From IMG/VR virus record IMGVR_UViG_3300008114_000011: a DNA stretch of 25,588 nt. One strand, given 5' to 3'. Every line of letters starts with the position of its first letter. Positions within the stretch are counted from its first letter, which is position 1. Position numbers and translations under genes: made by a program. Source of the DNA: a virus (lineage: Duplodnaviria; Heunggongvirae; Uroviricota; Caudoviricetes). The notes below the pieces were generated by a model that was given only the letters and a program-made list of their open reading frames with translations, was not told where the DNA came from and made no database searches. Below are positions 1-7,613 of the stretch, in pieces.

Positions 1-67
1 ACACTATGGCAATAACATCTTTGCCCTTTTCGGGTAGTTTTTCAGTAACAAGCTTATATTCGTTCAT
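1..67 (-). CDS. 5' part of a hypothetical protein running off the window (MNEYKLVTEKLPEKGKDVIAIV...), DUF551-like start
   Basis: Manual translation. ATG at 67-65 lies 18 nt downstream of a TATATTTG box. 'EKLPE..G.DV' resembles DUF551 N-termini. Confidence 0.6.
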   Translation of the reverse strand, partial: MNEYKLVTEKLPEKGKDVIAIV

Positions 68-84
68 ATTTTTTTATATAGATA

Positions 85-92
85 CAAATATA
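85..92 (-). promoter_or_regulatory. Bacteroidota-type -7 promoter box TATATTTG
   Basis: CAAATATA on the + strand; matches TAnnTTTG; upstream of the minus-strand ORF starting at 67. Confidence 0.65.
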
Positions 93-116
93 ATAGTTTT
101 TTTGAGAAATTAAAAA

Positions 117-126
117 TAATATATAA
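117..126 (+). promoter_or_regulatory. TAATATATAA motif, candidate phage late promoter
   Basis: The same motif precedes every leader-bearing unit in the window; here it ends 5 nt before ATG 131. Confidence 0.55.
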
Positions 127-130
127 AATT

Positions 131-1324
131 ATGAAGAATATATTAAACTACAAATATTTCTTATCAGAAAAACTTTTAGTTGAAAGTTTACTTCTTTTAG
201 AGTCAATTGTTGCTTACTCACCTAAGTTTAAAAAGGCTTTACAAAGACTACCTGATAACGAGGTTGCTAAAGCCTTATTAGAAATTGAGAATGAAGACTT
301 AGATGTTGTATCTAACTTCTTTGATATCTTAATTGATAACGATAATGAACTATCATTTACTAACGATAGAACAGCTCAAGCTATTATTAGATTAGACAAA
401 GAGATGGTTAGATGGACTGGTCGTAGAGGTAATTGGTTAACAAATACTGCTGGAAACCTTAATATCTTTAGAAGAATGGGTTATGAACCGGTTGTTGATA
501 CTCCAGTTTATCATCCACAAGCTACTGAATATGGTGAAGTTATATCAAAATGGACTTCTCCAAGAACAAATAAAACTTGGTGTTATGTTAAGTTTGAAAA
601 TGGTGAAGGTGTTTATAGTCAAGAAAGATTGGCTAACGCTCATGAAGAATTAAAAAAGAAAGTCTTCACTTCATCAAGACAAACTATTAGAATTGGTAGA
701 GCAATCAGAGCTCTTTTAAATGCTAAAGGTTTAAGATTTAACGATGCTCAATTAGAAACATTTGTAAATGAGTTTAGAGGTGTTATCGCGGTAATGAATG
801 ATGTTTTCTCAAGATTTGAAATCGTTGATGGTGAAGATCTTCTTTACTGGTATAAAAGAGAAAACTATGAGTTCCCAAATAGAGGAAACTTAGGTGGTTC
901 TTGCCAAGCAGTTGGTAGAAGAGATTGGTTAGAAATCTATATTGATAATCCAGATACAGTTAAACTACTTATTTTAAAATCATTAGATAATCCTGATAAA
1001 ATAATTGGTAGAGCACTTCTTTGGACATTAGATGATGGTGGTGTTTTAATGGATTGTATATATACAAGTGCTGATTCAGATAATGCTGTTTTTAGAGAAT
1101 ATGCTAGATCTAAAGGATGGCATTACATCTATGATGGTGGTAGAACATATGTTGCTCACACTAAAGTTAAACCAGAAGGATACCGTGCTTATCCATCGGT
1201 TGATAACATGAGAAACTGGGATAGAAATACTGGTAAAATTAGTAATAGAAGATTTGAAGGTTCTCGTGAAATCATATGGTCTGCTGATGGTGATGATGAT
1301 GAAGATTGGGATGATGAAGATTAA
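131..1324 (+). CDS. Conserved-type phage hypothetical protein (397 aa) with N-terminal leader MKNILNYKYFLSE and acidic tail
   Basis: Long ORF followed by a terminator. The C-terminal half has GSC..IY.DNP..V.LLI..KIIGRALLW..MD.IY, a pattern I recognise from uncharacterised phage proteins (possibly PcfJ/GNAT-like fold; unverified). Confidence 0.8.
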   Translation: MKNILNYKYFLSEKLLVESLLLLESIVAYSPKFKKALQRLPDNEVAKALLEIENEDLDVVSNFFDILIDNDNELSFTNDRTAQAIIRLDKEMVRWTGRRGNWLTNTAGNLNIFRRMGYEPVVDTPVYHPQATEYGEVISKWTSPRTNKTWCYVKFENGEGVYSQERLANAHEELKKKVFTSSRQTIRIGRAIRALLNAKGLRFNDAQLETFVNEFRGVIAVMNDVFSRFEIVDGEDLLYWYKRENYEFPNRGNLGGSCQAVGRRDWLEIYIDNPDTVKLLILKSLDNPDKIIGRALLWTLDDGGVLMDCIYTSADSDNAVFREYARSKGWHYIYDGGRTYVAHTKVKPEGYRAYPSVDNMRNWDRNTGKISNRRFEGSREIIWSADGDDDEDWDDED

Positions 1325-1325
1325 T

Positions 1326-1354
1326 AAAAAGAGAGTTAAAAGCTCTCTTTTTTT
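1326..1354. terminator. Bidirectional intrinsic terminator
   Basis: AAAAAGAGAG-TTAAAAG-CTCTCTTTTTTT between convergent genes. Confidence 0.8.
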
Positions 1355-1583
1355 ATATCTCTTCAACGATAACCAAATCAGCTTCTCTTCTACTTATTGC
1401 TATAACATTTCCTTGTAGATCACCAGTGAGTATTGCTATTGGTCCGCCAAATGGAGCTTTATAAACAAATTTTACTATTTGATTTGGGAAAATTCCAAAT
1501 TCTATTATGTTTACTTTAAAATTTGAGTCTTCAATATACTTAACTATGTATTTTTTATTTTTTTTAATTGACGTTAATTTCAT
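1353..1583 (-). CDS. feoA: FeoA family SH3-like protein
   Basis: 76 aa; FGIFPNQIV..KAPFGGPIAI..IAISRREADLVIVE matches the FeoA pattern (G..PG..V..APFG.PI..ALR..EA..I.V). Confidence 0.8.
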   Translation of the reverse strand: MKLTSIKKNKKYIVKYIEDSNFKVNIIEFGIFPNQIVKFVYKAPFGGPIAILTGDLQGNVIAISRREADLVIVEEI

Positions 1584-1621
1584 TTTTAATAGGTATATTT
1601 GTAATTAAATATATATTTGAT

Positions 1622-1780
1622 ATGAAAAAGTTTAAAAGGAAAGAAGGTTATATTGGTGGTGTCTGTGAAGGATTAGGAGAATGGTCTGGTGTTGATCCGA
1701 TTATATGGAGAATTGGATTTGTTTTAACTGGGTGGTTTTTCACCTATTGTATATTATGGGCATTTACTGAAAAAGAATAA
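1622..1780 (+). CDS. PspC-domain small membrane protein (52 aa)
   Basis: IGGVCEGLGEWSGVDPIIWRIGFV..YCILW is a PspC signature. Start moved from 1568 to ATG 1622 to avoid overlap with feoA. Confidence 0.8.
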   Translation: MKKFKRKEGYIGGVCEGLGEWSGVDPIIWRIGFVLTGWFFTYCILWAFTEKE

Positions 1781-1809
1781 ACAAATTTGTAGTAGGTCAT
1801 ATAACTAAT

Positions 1810-2427
1810 ATGACTGAAATAATTGAACCAAATCCACTTTTAGTGGAGTACTTTAATAAAGTACAATATTTAAAATCATCAGTAAAAGTTGATTTAGATA
1901 AATTCGACTCAGATGGTGAGTGGCAATATGTTGAATCCAACATAGAAAGAAACATTTTTTTACTAAAACGATTAGAAGAAGCAGGTTTACTTCCAAGTGA
2001 AGTTAATGCTTGTGATTGTGGTGTTGGTTTTGGAACAGTATTATACGATCTTTATTTACAATCAAAAGAATTTAATAATAGACAATTCACATTCACTGGA
2101 ATTGAAAAATGTGATGAGTATGTTAATTCATTAAAAAGTGAATTACTTTCATATTGGGATAACAATTTGAATTTAATTCATGATGATATTATGAGTTATG
2201 ATTATTCTAATACTAATTTTATTTGGTTTTTCACACCATTTAAAATTTCTAATAAGTTAATGAGTTTTTTTGATAAAATAATAACTGAGATACCAGTTGG
2301 TGGGTTTATATTTGGTTTAGATCAATATCGTGTTATGGAGTATGGTAGTCCGGAATTGATTGAAAAGTTTAATGAATTAGAGTTTAATCATATTGATGAT
2401 CTAATTTTTTATAGAAAAACAAAATAA
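1810..2427 (+). CDS. Class I SAM-dependent methyltransferase
   Basis: Motif I ACDCGVGFG, acidic motif II TGIE, HDDI, and post-strand-4 FFTPF (like YxFNPF). Substrate unknown. Confidence 0.75.
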   Translation: MTEIIEPNPLLVEYFNKVQYLKSSVKVDLDKFDSDGEWQYVESNIERNIFLLKRLEEAGLLPSEVNACDCGVGFGTVLYDLYLQSKEFNNRQFTFTGIEKCDEYVNSLKSELLSYWDNNLNLIHDDIMSYDYSNTNFIWFFTPFKISNKLMSFFDKIITEIPVGGFIFGLDQYRVMEYGSPELIEKFNELEFNHIDDLIFYRKTK

Positions 2428-2456
2428 AAAAAACCCTCATTAAGAGGGTTTTTTTT
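2426..2456. terminator. Bidirectional intrinsic terminator
   Basis: A-run-CCCTC-ATTAA-GAGGG-T-run between convergent genes. Confidence 0.8.
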
Positions 2457-2655
2457 ATTTAACTAATTTATCATAAAATCCAATATTCTTTAGATATTGA
2501 ATGTAGTCTCGTTTACTCGACATATCAGATAAATTTTGATTAATGCCTTTTACAAATTCCTCATATGAAATTCTTTTAGACTTAAAAAGACTTGTCAATG
2601 TTTCAATTGACTTTGTAGCATTTTCGATAGCTACTACATTTTTTGTTCCGTTCAT
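2455..2655 (-). CDS. Hypothetical protein (66 aa)
   Basis: ORF with an upstream TATATTTG box and a downstream terminator. Confidence 0.7.
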   Translation of the reverse strand: MNGTKNVVAIENATKSIETLTSLFKSKRISYEEFVKGINQNLSDMSSKRDYIQYLKNIGFYDKLVK

Positions 2656-2675
2656 AGTGTTGACTTTTATTTATA

Positions 2676-2683
2676 CAAATATA
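2676..2683 (-). promoter_or_regulatory. Bacteroidota-type -7 box TATATTTG
   Basis: CAAATATA on the + strand, 21 nt upstream of ATG 2655. Confidence 0.65.
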
Positions 2684-2690
2684 ATAAAAA

Positions 2691-2714
2691 AAACCATCTT
2701 TTATTGGATGGTTT
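2691..2714 (-). terminator. Intrinsic terminator
   Basis: AAACCATC-8 nt-GATGGTTT hairpin followed by a T-run on the minus strand; overlaps the stop of the 2817-2701 ORF. Confidence 0.65.
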
Positions 2715-2817
2715 CATATTTTTTTAATAATTCGTAATTATTTTGAAGTCTTTTATGTGTCTTAACTAAATTTTTTCTATTTCTTTTAGGTTTACCCTCT
2801 TTTCTTGCTTTTGCCAT
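2701..2817 (-). CDS. Small basic protein (38 aa, MAKARKEGKPKRNRKNLVKTHKRLQNNYELLKKYETIQ)
   Basis: Manual translation; below the ORF-track cutoff; ends inside a terminator hairpin. Confidence 0.5.
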   Translation of the reverse strand: MAKARKEGKPKRNRKNLVKTHKRLQNNYELLKKYETIQ

Positions 2818-2953
2818 TGATTCTAAAGGTGATAAACACTATTGTTATAGATGTGCCTGTAAATCTGAGAATTGTACAGAGTGGAGAGAACCGATAACTG
2901 GTTCAGCTATTTGGGTTAATATTGTTAAATGGAAATACGATAAAAATGACTAA
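2816..2953 (+). pseudogene. Headless Cys-rich reading frame (IDSKGDKHYCYRCACKSENCTEWREP..KYDKND)
   Basis: Open frame with CxxC, and its stop overlaps the next ATG (2946). No ATG start found. Confidence 0.3.
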
Positions 2954-3575
2954 ACAAAACTTAATTAGATTTTGGATAAACTACATTAAAAACTTAATCG
3001 CTTTGAATAAAGTTAAGTTTATAATACTAACTGTTGGTATTTTACTTTACTCATTAGGAACTTCAATGGATAAGTCCGTCTGTTTTTATAGAGTAGATAA
3101 ACACTTTATTGATAATGGAATTCATTTTTATGATCTTACTTATTATAAAGATGCTTTAGTTTATGATACTGAACAAAGGCTATTTGAAGATAAAGGAGAG
3201 TTTTTTATAAAGAGTGTTGAATGGAGTGAACTTGGTATAACAACAATGGTATTTGCTTATATTGCTTTTGCTATTGTTTTAATATCTTGCTTTGTTAATG
3301 AAAGTGATATTAATTTAGAACTTAGCCAGGTTCTAAAGGATACTATTTATAATGATTATAAAATCAGTGAAATTGAAGAAGATGGTGATACTAAATATTA
3401 TCACACGTCATACTCTAAAATACTTAGAGTAAAAACAAATAGAAATGGATCATGGGACACATCACACCTTGATAAATTTGTATCAGAAACAACTATGAAG
3501 GAATTCTTCAGTAGAGAAAATTATTATACAAAATCTGAATTAAGAGATATTAAATTAAATAAAATAGGAATATAA
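2946..3575 (+). CDS. Membrane protein with C-terminal tag (ELRDIKLNKIGI)
   Basis: Two hydrophobic segments; tag at the stop. ATG 2946 (MTKQNL) preferred over 2922. Confidence 0.8.
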   Translation: MTKQNLIRFWINYIKNLIALNKVKFIILTVGILLYSLGTSMDKSVCFYRVDKHFIDNGIHFYDLTYYKDALVYDTEQRLFEDKGEFFIKSVEWSELGITTMVFAYIAFAIVLISCFVNESDINLELSQVLKDTIYNDYKISEIEEDGDTKYYHTSYSKILRVKTNRNGSWDTSHLDKFVSETTMKEFFSRENYYTKSELRDIKLNKIGI

Positions 3576-3630
3576 CTCGAAATTAAACATTAGCCTATAT
3601 CTTTTATATAAATTAAAAATATAATTTATT

Positions 3631-3861
3631 ATGGAAAAACACGATTTACACCATGAGTTTGTTGAATATGATGAAAAAATTCATGTTTTAAAAACTACAA
3701 ATAATCATTTTAGAAAATTATTTGACGACTATCACCAAGTAGATAAAGACATTCATAGACTTGAGGCTAATGAAATTTACACTAATGATGAATTAAATTC
3801 TTTAAGAAAAAAGAGATTAAACTTAAAAGATCAATTATTTGGAATGTTAAAAGAGAGTTAA
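3631..3861 (+). CDS. YdcH/DUF465 family protein
   Basis: HDLHHEF.EY..KIH.LK..NNHFRKLFDDYH.VD..I..LE..LRKKRL.LKDQL is a DUF465 pattern, close to the Flavobacterium-type N-terminus MEKHDL.HEF. Confidence 0.8.
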   Translation: MEKHDLHHEFVEYDEKIHVLKTTNNHFRKLFDDYHQVDKDIHRLEANEIYTNDELNSLRKKRLNLKDQLFGMLKES

Positions 3862-3876
3862 AAACTCTCTTTTTTT
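3849..3876 (+). terminator. Intrinsic terminator overlapping the YdcH stop
   Basis: AAAAGAGAGT-TAAAA-ACTCTCTTTTTTT. Confidence 0.75.
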
Positions 3877-3879
3877 ATT

Positions 3880-3889
3880 TTATATATAC
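3880..3889 (+). promoter_or_regulatory. TTATATATAC, variant of the TAATATATA motif
   Basis: One mismatch to the motif; ends 4 nt before ATG 3893. Confidence 0.4.
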
Positions 3890-3892
3890 TCT

Positions 3893-4168
3893 ATGGAAAG
3901 AAAAATAAAACCATATGATGTTCCGGTAGGTGAACCTCTAATACCTAGAAAGAAGAAAATTGCTGATTTGATTGAGAATTCAGATTTACCAGAAGATTTA
4001 TTTAAACCACAAGGTGATAAGTGGACAGCTATACACTTCATTAGAGTGGGTAGTCCATCTGAATATTATTTAAATCAGTGTTTAGATAAATTAAAACAAA
4101 GTGGTATTGATACTTCTTCTGTTTATGAATCAAGAGTATTAAACTTCAAGAATTTTTATTTAAGATAA
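3893..4168 (+). CDS. Hypothetical protein (91 aa)
   Basis: ORF track; follows a terminator and a motif. Confidence 0.75.
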   Translation: MERKIKPYDVPVGEPLIPRKKKIADLIENSDLPEDLFKPQGDKWTAIHFIRVGSPSEYYLNQCLDKLKQSGIDTSSVYESRVLNFKNFYLR

Positions 4169-4222
4169 GAAAATTATTATGAATTTTTTTAAATTTTTAT
4201 TATCTTTATTAAAAATTGAATT

Positions 4223-4378
4223 ATGGCAAAAGATATGGTTAAGATTGATGATAAAGAATTAATCAATAGAATTGAATACTTACAAAGAACAATTAGACAA
4301 TTTAAGGAAATTGGTCAATTACCACCTTTAAATTTAATTAGTGAACTTAATGAAAAAATGAGATTTTTTCAGAAATAA
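4223..4378 (+). CDS. Hypothetical protein (51 aa, MAKDMVKIDDKELINRIEYL..RFFQK)
   Basis: Manual translation; fills the gap; TATCTTTA box at 4201-4208. Confidence 0.65.
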   Translation: MAKDMVKIDDKELINRIEYLQRTIRQFKEIGQLPPLNLISELNEKMRFFQK

Positions 4379-4379
4379 A

Positions 4380-4655
4380 TTATTCATTTTTGTTTTTATC
4401 ATCTTTTCGGTTTTTAACTCTTTCCCAAGTTGTTAGACCTAATAAAGATAATATAGTAGAGAAGTCGATTATTAGTATTTCTGGTAGTAAACCAAAATCA
4501 CCGTTTTTATAACAAGATGATAACCATTTAATGTGAGCAAAGACAACAATAACAGTTATTATGAAAGCTGTCAATTTTCTAGCTGACCAACCTTTTTCAT
4601 TATTGGAAAATGAATTACCGATTTTATCGGCTAAACTTGATAATAATTCTTTCAT
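4380..4655 (-). CDS. Small two-TM membrane protein, holin-like topology
   Basis: Two hydrophobic helices, SARKL before TM1 and a highly charged C-tail. Holin function is inference only. Confidence 0.6.
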   Translation of the reverse strand: MKELLSSLADKIGNSFSNNEKGWSARKLTAFIITVIVVFAHIKWLSSCYKNGDFGLLPEILIIDFSTILSLLGLTTWERVKNRKDDKNKNE

Positions 4656-4658
4656 ATA

Positions 4659-4668
4659 GTATATATTA
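4659..4668 (-). promoter_or_regulatory. TAATATATAC motif
   Basis: GTATATATTA on the + strand; ends 4 nt before ATG 4655. Confidence 0.55.
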
Positions 4669-4671
4669 AAT

Positions 4672-5193
4672 ATGAGAATAACAAATATTTTAATTCAATA
4701 TAAAATTCGATCAGTGAGTAGAGTTTTAGTACTCTTAGCCTCATTTACTCCTATTTTATTTGTTATAAATAATTCAAAAGAATATACTATTACAGTAGTT
4801 ATACTACTCATTCTAATTCTAAGTATCAGAGCAATCTTAGATAAATTATCAATGAGTATTTCAGAAAGTGAAACTAGAGAATACTTGAGAATACCAGATT
4901 ATGATGATGAAATATACATGGTCGAAAATATACCATATAAAACATTAGATTTGTTACTAATTAGTTCGATGTATTATAGTGGTACTCAAAATTTTAAAAA
5001 TAAAATTAAAGATAAAAGTTATAAAATTTATAATATCAAGAAAGGTATGAATGATGAATTTTACTATGTAACTTTAAGTGATAAAGATGATCATCTTGGT
5101 ATGTTATTTAACATAAATTGGTTAAAGTACGGAAAATATTTTTATACAAAAAGACAACTAAGAGACGATAAATTAAAAGAATTAGGTATATGA
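4672..5193 (+). CDS. Two-TM membrane protein with C-terminal tag (QLRDDKLKELGI)
   Basis: ORF track; N-terminal hydrophobic helices; tag at the stop. Confidence 0.8.
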   Translation: MRITNILIQYKIRSVSRVLVLLASFTPILFVINNSKEYTITVVILLILILSIRAILDKLSMSISESETREYLRIPDYDDEIYMVENIPYKTLDLLLISSMYYSGTQNFKNKIKDKSYKIYNIKKGMNDEFYYVTLSDKDDHLGMLFNINWLKYGKYFYTKRQLRDDKLKELGI

Positions 5194-5450
5194 GCAATTC
5201 AATGAAAATGACTAGAAATACGGATAAAGTGGAAGATGTAATTTGTCTCAAAACAAAATCTATATTACATGTTGATTGGGGAAATTTCGAAGTTGAAGAA
5301 GGTAAATCCTATAAGAGATTAGTAGAAAAAGATAATTCATCTGATTATTCGTATATTAGATTTGTTTGGTGTTACATGCCTTTTCCTAAAGAAGACTTTG
5401 TTACTTTAAGTGAAATGAGAGATAAAAAAATAACAGGATTAGGTATATGA
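5190..5450 (+). CDS. Small SH3-like beta protein with tag (EMRDKKITGLGI)
   Basis: VICLKT..VEEGKSYK..FVTLSEMRD; ATGA overlap with the previous gene. Confidence 0.75.
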   Translation: MSNSMKMTRNTDKVEDVICLKTKSILHVDWGNFEVEEGKSYKRLVEKDNSSDYSYIRFVWCYMPFPKEDFVTLSEMRDKKITGLGI

Positions 5451-5905
5451 ACTTAAAAATATTATTAAACGAGTGGGTTAACATAATTGATAGGATCAAA
5501 CAAGTTGAGGACTATAAAGTCATCGAAATGAACGATGAAACTATCAAAGTAAATTTTAATTTCAGAAGTAGTTTATTTAGTAAAGAAGAATATAAAAATA
5601 CCGAAAAAGAAATTAAAGATTACTTAGTAAATAACTCAATGTTTCATAAAGATTTTGATATGAAATCTTATTTACCAATGAGAGTGAATGAAATTGAAAA
5701 GACTTTTATTGAAATATTTGGTGGAATAAAGTATATTGATAAATATAGTACAATTTATTTTAATCGAGGTAATTTATCCTACCCATCTCTTCACACCGAA
5801 GAAGAATACATAGTTTATCAAGGTAGTAGATTTATTGTTCAATTTAAACCAGATAGATTTAAACAATATTTAAGAGATAAGAGGTTAAACGAAATAGGAA
5901 TATAA
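5447..5905 (+). CDS. Hypothetical protein with tag (YLRDKRLNEIGI)
   Basis: ORF track; ATGA overlap. Confidence 0.8.
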   Translation: MNLKILLNEWVNIIDRIKQVEDYKVIEMNDETIKVNFNFRSSLFSKEEYKNTEKEIKDYLVNNSMFHKDFDMKSYLPMRVNEIEKTFIEIFGGIKYIDKYSTIYFNRGNLSYPSLHTEEEYIVYQGSRFIVQFKPDRFKQYLRDKRLNEIGI

Positions 5906-6267
5906 TGGATTACAAAGGAAACTTATACACATGGAATGTAACAGACCACTACGGTTGGGAAGTTAGTTTACAAGATTTAAGAGATATTAGATTAAGTAAA
6001 CTCTTAAATGAAAAGTCTGAACAAGATGATAGATTTTTATATAATATTGGATTACACGATAAAGATAATTCAAGAGAAATGGCGACAGCAACATTTTATC
6101 CGAAAGATAAGATATTTATGATAAATTCATTTGATCCATACGAAACCAACAAAAGTGGAATTTTAGTAAGGTTCAAAGCAGAAAACATACAACAATGTGA
6201 GAATATATTACAATTCATTTTAGAACCAAACAACTTAGAAGTATTTAATAAATATAAAATTCGATGA
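5905..6267 (+). CDS. Hypothetical protein with an internal tag copy (DLRDIRLSKLLNE)
   Basis: ORF track; TAATG overlap. Confidence 0.75.
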   Translation: MDYKGNLYTWNVTDHYGWEVSLQDLRDIRLSKLLNEKSEQDDRFLYNIGLHDKDNSREMATATFYPKDKIFMINSFDPYETNKSGILVRFKAENIQQCENILQFILEPNNLEVFNKYKIR

Positions 6268-6497
6268 ATATAGAATTAACAAATGAAACCATAGAGAAGA
6301 TAGAAAAACTTTCTAACTTAGGCGATATAGCAAAAGATTGTATAATAAAAGATATAAGTGAAATTGTTGCTAGATATGTTTGGGAATATAATACACAACA
6401 AACAAGAGATCAAATGAACAACGATATTAATGAATATTTAGATAAATGTTTGATGCCATTTATTAGAGAAGAAAGATTAAAAGAATTAGGATTATGA
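6264..6497 (+). CDS. Hypothetical protein with tag (FIREERLKELGL)
   Basis: ORF track; ATGA overlap. Confidence 0.8.
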   Translation: MNIELTNETIEKIEKLSNLGDIAKDCIIKDISEIVARYVWEYNTQQTRDQMNNDINEYLDKCLMPFIREERLKELGL

Positions 6498-6652
6498 GCG
6501 AATTTGATAAAATCTACGAAGTCATAAAAGATAATAAGGTTGGATTTAGACAAGAAATTAACATCAACAATGATAAATATCTTGTTTTTATCAGACCGGA
6601 TGTTGAAAATGGAGGAACAGAAGTTGTTTTTAGACAACTATTGAAAGAATAA
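6494..6652 (+). CDS. Hypothetical protein (52 aa, MSEFDKIYEVIKDNKVG..FRQLLKE)
   Basis: Manual translation; ATGA overlap; ends at a terminator. Confidence 0.7.
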   Translation: MSEFDKIYEVIKDNKVGFRQEININNDKYLVFIRPDVENGGTEVVFRQLLKE

Positions 6653-6682
6653 AAAAAGGGATTGTTTTCACAATCCCTTTTT
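6653..6682. terminator. Bidirectional intrinsic terminator
   Basis: AAAAAGGGATTG-TTTTCA-CAATCCCTTTTT between convergent genes. Confidence 0.85.
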
Positions 6683-6686
6683 CTTT

Positions 6687-6863
6687 TTAGTTATTATCTA
6701 ACACTTTATCAATATTAGCTTCTCTAACTTTAGCTTTGATCCAAGAAGGTTCATTTTCTAATTGATCTTCTGTGATACCTAATTGTTTCATAAATACTTC
6801 TAATAAGTATTCTTTGTTTTCCCATCTGTAAGATGGTCTTTCCATCATTGGTCCGTCTTCCAT
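6687..6863 (-). CDS. Hypothetical protein (58 aa) with tag variant (KVREANIDKVLDNN)
   Basis: Manual translation MEDGPMMERPSYRWENKEYLLEVFMKQLGITEDQLENEPSWIKAKVREANIDKVLDNN; ends at a terminator. Confidence 0.75.
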   Translation of the reverse strand: MEDGPMMERPSYRWENKEYLLEVFMKQLGITEDQLENEPSWIKAKVREANIDKVLDNN

Positions 6864-6911
6864 AAATATTTTTTAATTTATAATTCTATTTAACTTTTCA
6901 ATAAAAGTTTT

Positions 6912-6919
6912 TATCTTTG
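6912..6919 (+). promoter_or_regulatory. -7 box TATCTTTG
   Basis: Matches TAnnTTTG; followed by an A-rich leader and ATG 6933. Confidence 0.7.
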
Positions 6920-6932
6920 TAAAAAATAAAAT

Positions 6933-7355
6933 ATGGCTACATCAGCAAACGTAATAGAGTATAGAATACTCAACAAAGAAGGTGAGCAAGTTGGATCACA
7001 TAGACAACATATGATGTGTTCAACCTGTAATGATAATTTAGAAAAGTTTCAACCATATGAAGATTTCATTATCCAACCTTGGGGTTATGATGAAGAAGAA
7101 GATGAGTGGGAAGGAGATAGATACAATCTAAAAGAATGGTTACTTAAACATCCAGCAGAGATAACTCATAAGAAGTTTAATGTTGATGATGAAGTGAGAG
7201 TTTTTATAAAAGGAGTAATCGGTGTTAGCAAGAACAGACGAGTTGATGGTATTGTAAAAGAAGTTAAGAAAGGATTGTGGTTAAACGAATATTTAGTAGA
7301 GTTGGAAACTGGTGAGGTAATTGAGTGTGATCAACATAAGGTTTTACCGAAATAA
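6933..7355 (+). CDS. Hypothetical protein: CxxC N-part plus KOW/SH3-like C-domain
   Basis: CSTC; KFNVDDEVRV..GIVKEV..EYLVEL. Confidence 0.75.
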   Translation: MATSANVIEYRILNKEGEQVGSHRQHMMCSTCNDNLEKFQPYEDFIIQPWGYDEEEDEWEGDRYNLKEWLLKHPAEITHKKFNVDDEVRVFIKGVIGVSKNRRVDGIVKEVKKGLWLNEYLVELETGEVIECDQHKVLPK

Positions 7356-7360
7356 TTTAT

Positions 7361-7368
7361 TATATTTG
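7361..7368 (+). promoter_or_regulatory. -7 box TATATTTG
   Basis: Matches TAnnTTTG; ATG 6 nt downstream. Confidence 0.65.
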
Positions 7369-7373
7369 TAAAT

Positions 7374-7613
7374 ATGGATTTGAAAAAAACACTTGAAGAG
7401 TTATACCCTGATAGTAAATTGAACGTTAAATCAGTTGAAAGTGGAGACTTTATAAAGGTTGTCGCGGATGGGAAAACTCGTTATTATTTAATTGATAATG
7501 ATAGTTTATATACTTTTGAACCACCAGCTGTTTATTTTCGAAGTGGATCAATACACTATCGAAAGTTCAAATCGTTATTTAGAGAATTAGTATTAAATAA
7601 ACTAGGAATATGA
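7374..7613 (+). CDS. Hypothetical protein with tag (LFRELVLNKLGI)
   Basis: ORF track. Confidence 0.8.
   Translation: MDLKKTLEELYPDSKLNVKSVESGDFIKVVADGKTRYYLIDNDSLYTFEPPAVYFRSGSIHYRKFKSLFRELVLNKLGI

Noticed and set aside
1076-1366. Minus-strand 96-aa ORF
   Set aside because: Antisense shadow of the 131-1324 gene; it runs through the terminator and has atypical composition.
2543-2737. Plus-strand 64-aa ORF
   Set aside because: Antisense to 2455-2655 and crosses a promoter and a terminator.
5180-5193. AGGA/AGGT in the tag's Leu-Gly codons as a Shine-Dalgarno site
   Set aside because: Only 2 nt from the ATG, absent before many starts, and the inferred host group rarely uses SD pairing.
6410-6637. 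Minus-strand 75-aa ORF
   Set aside because: Shadow of two coupled plus-strand genes.
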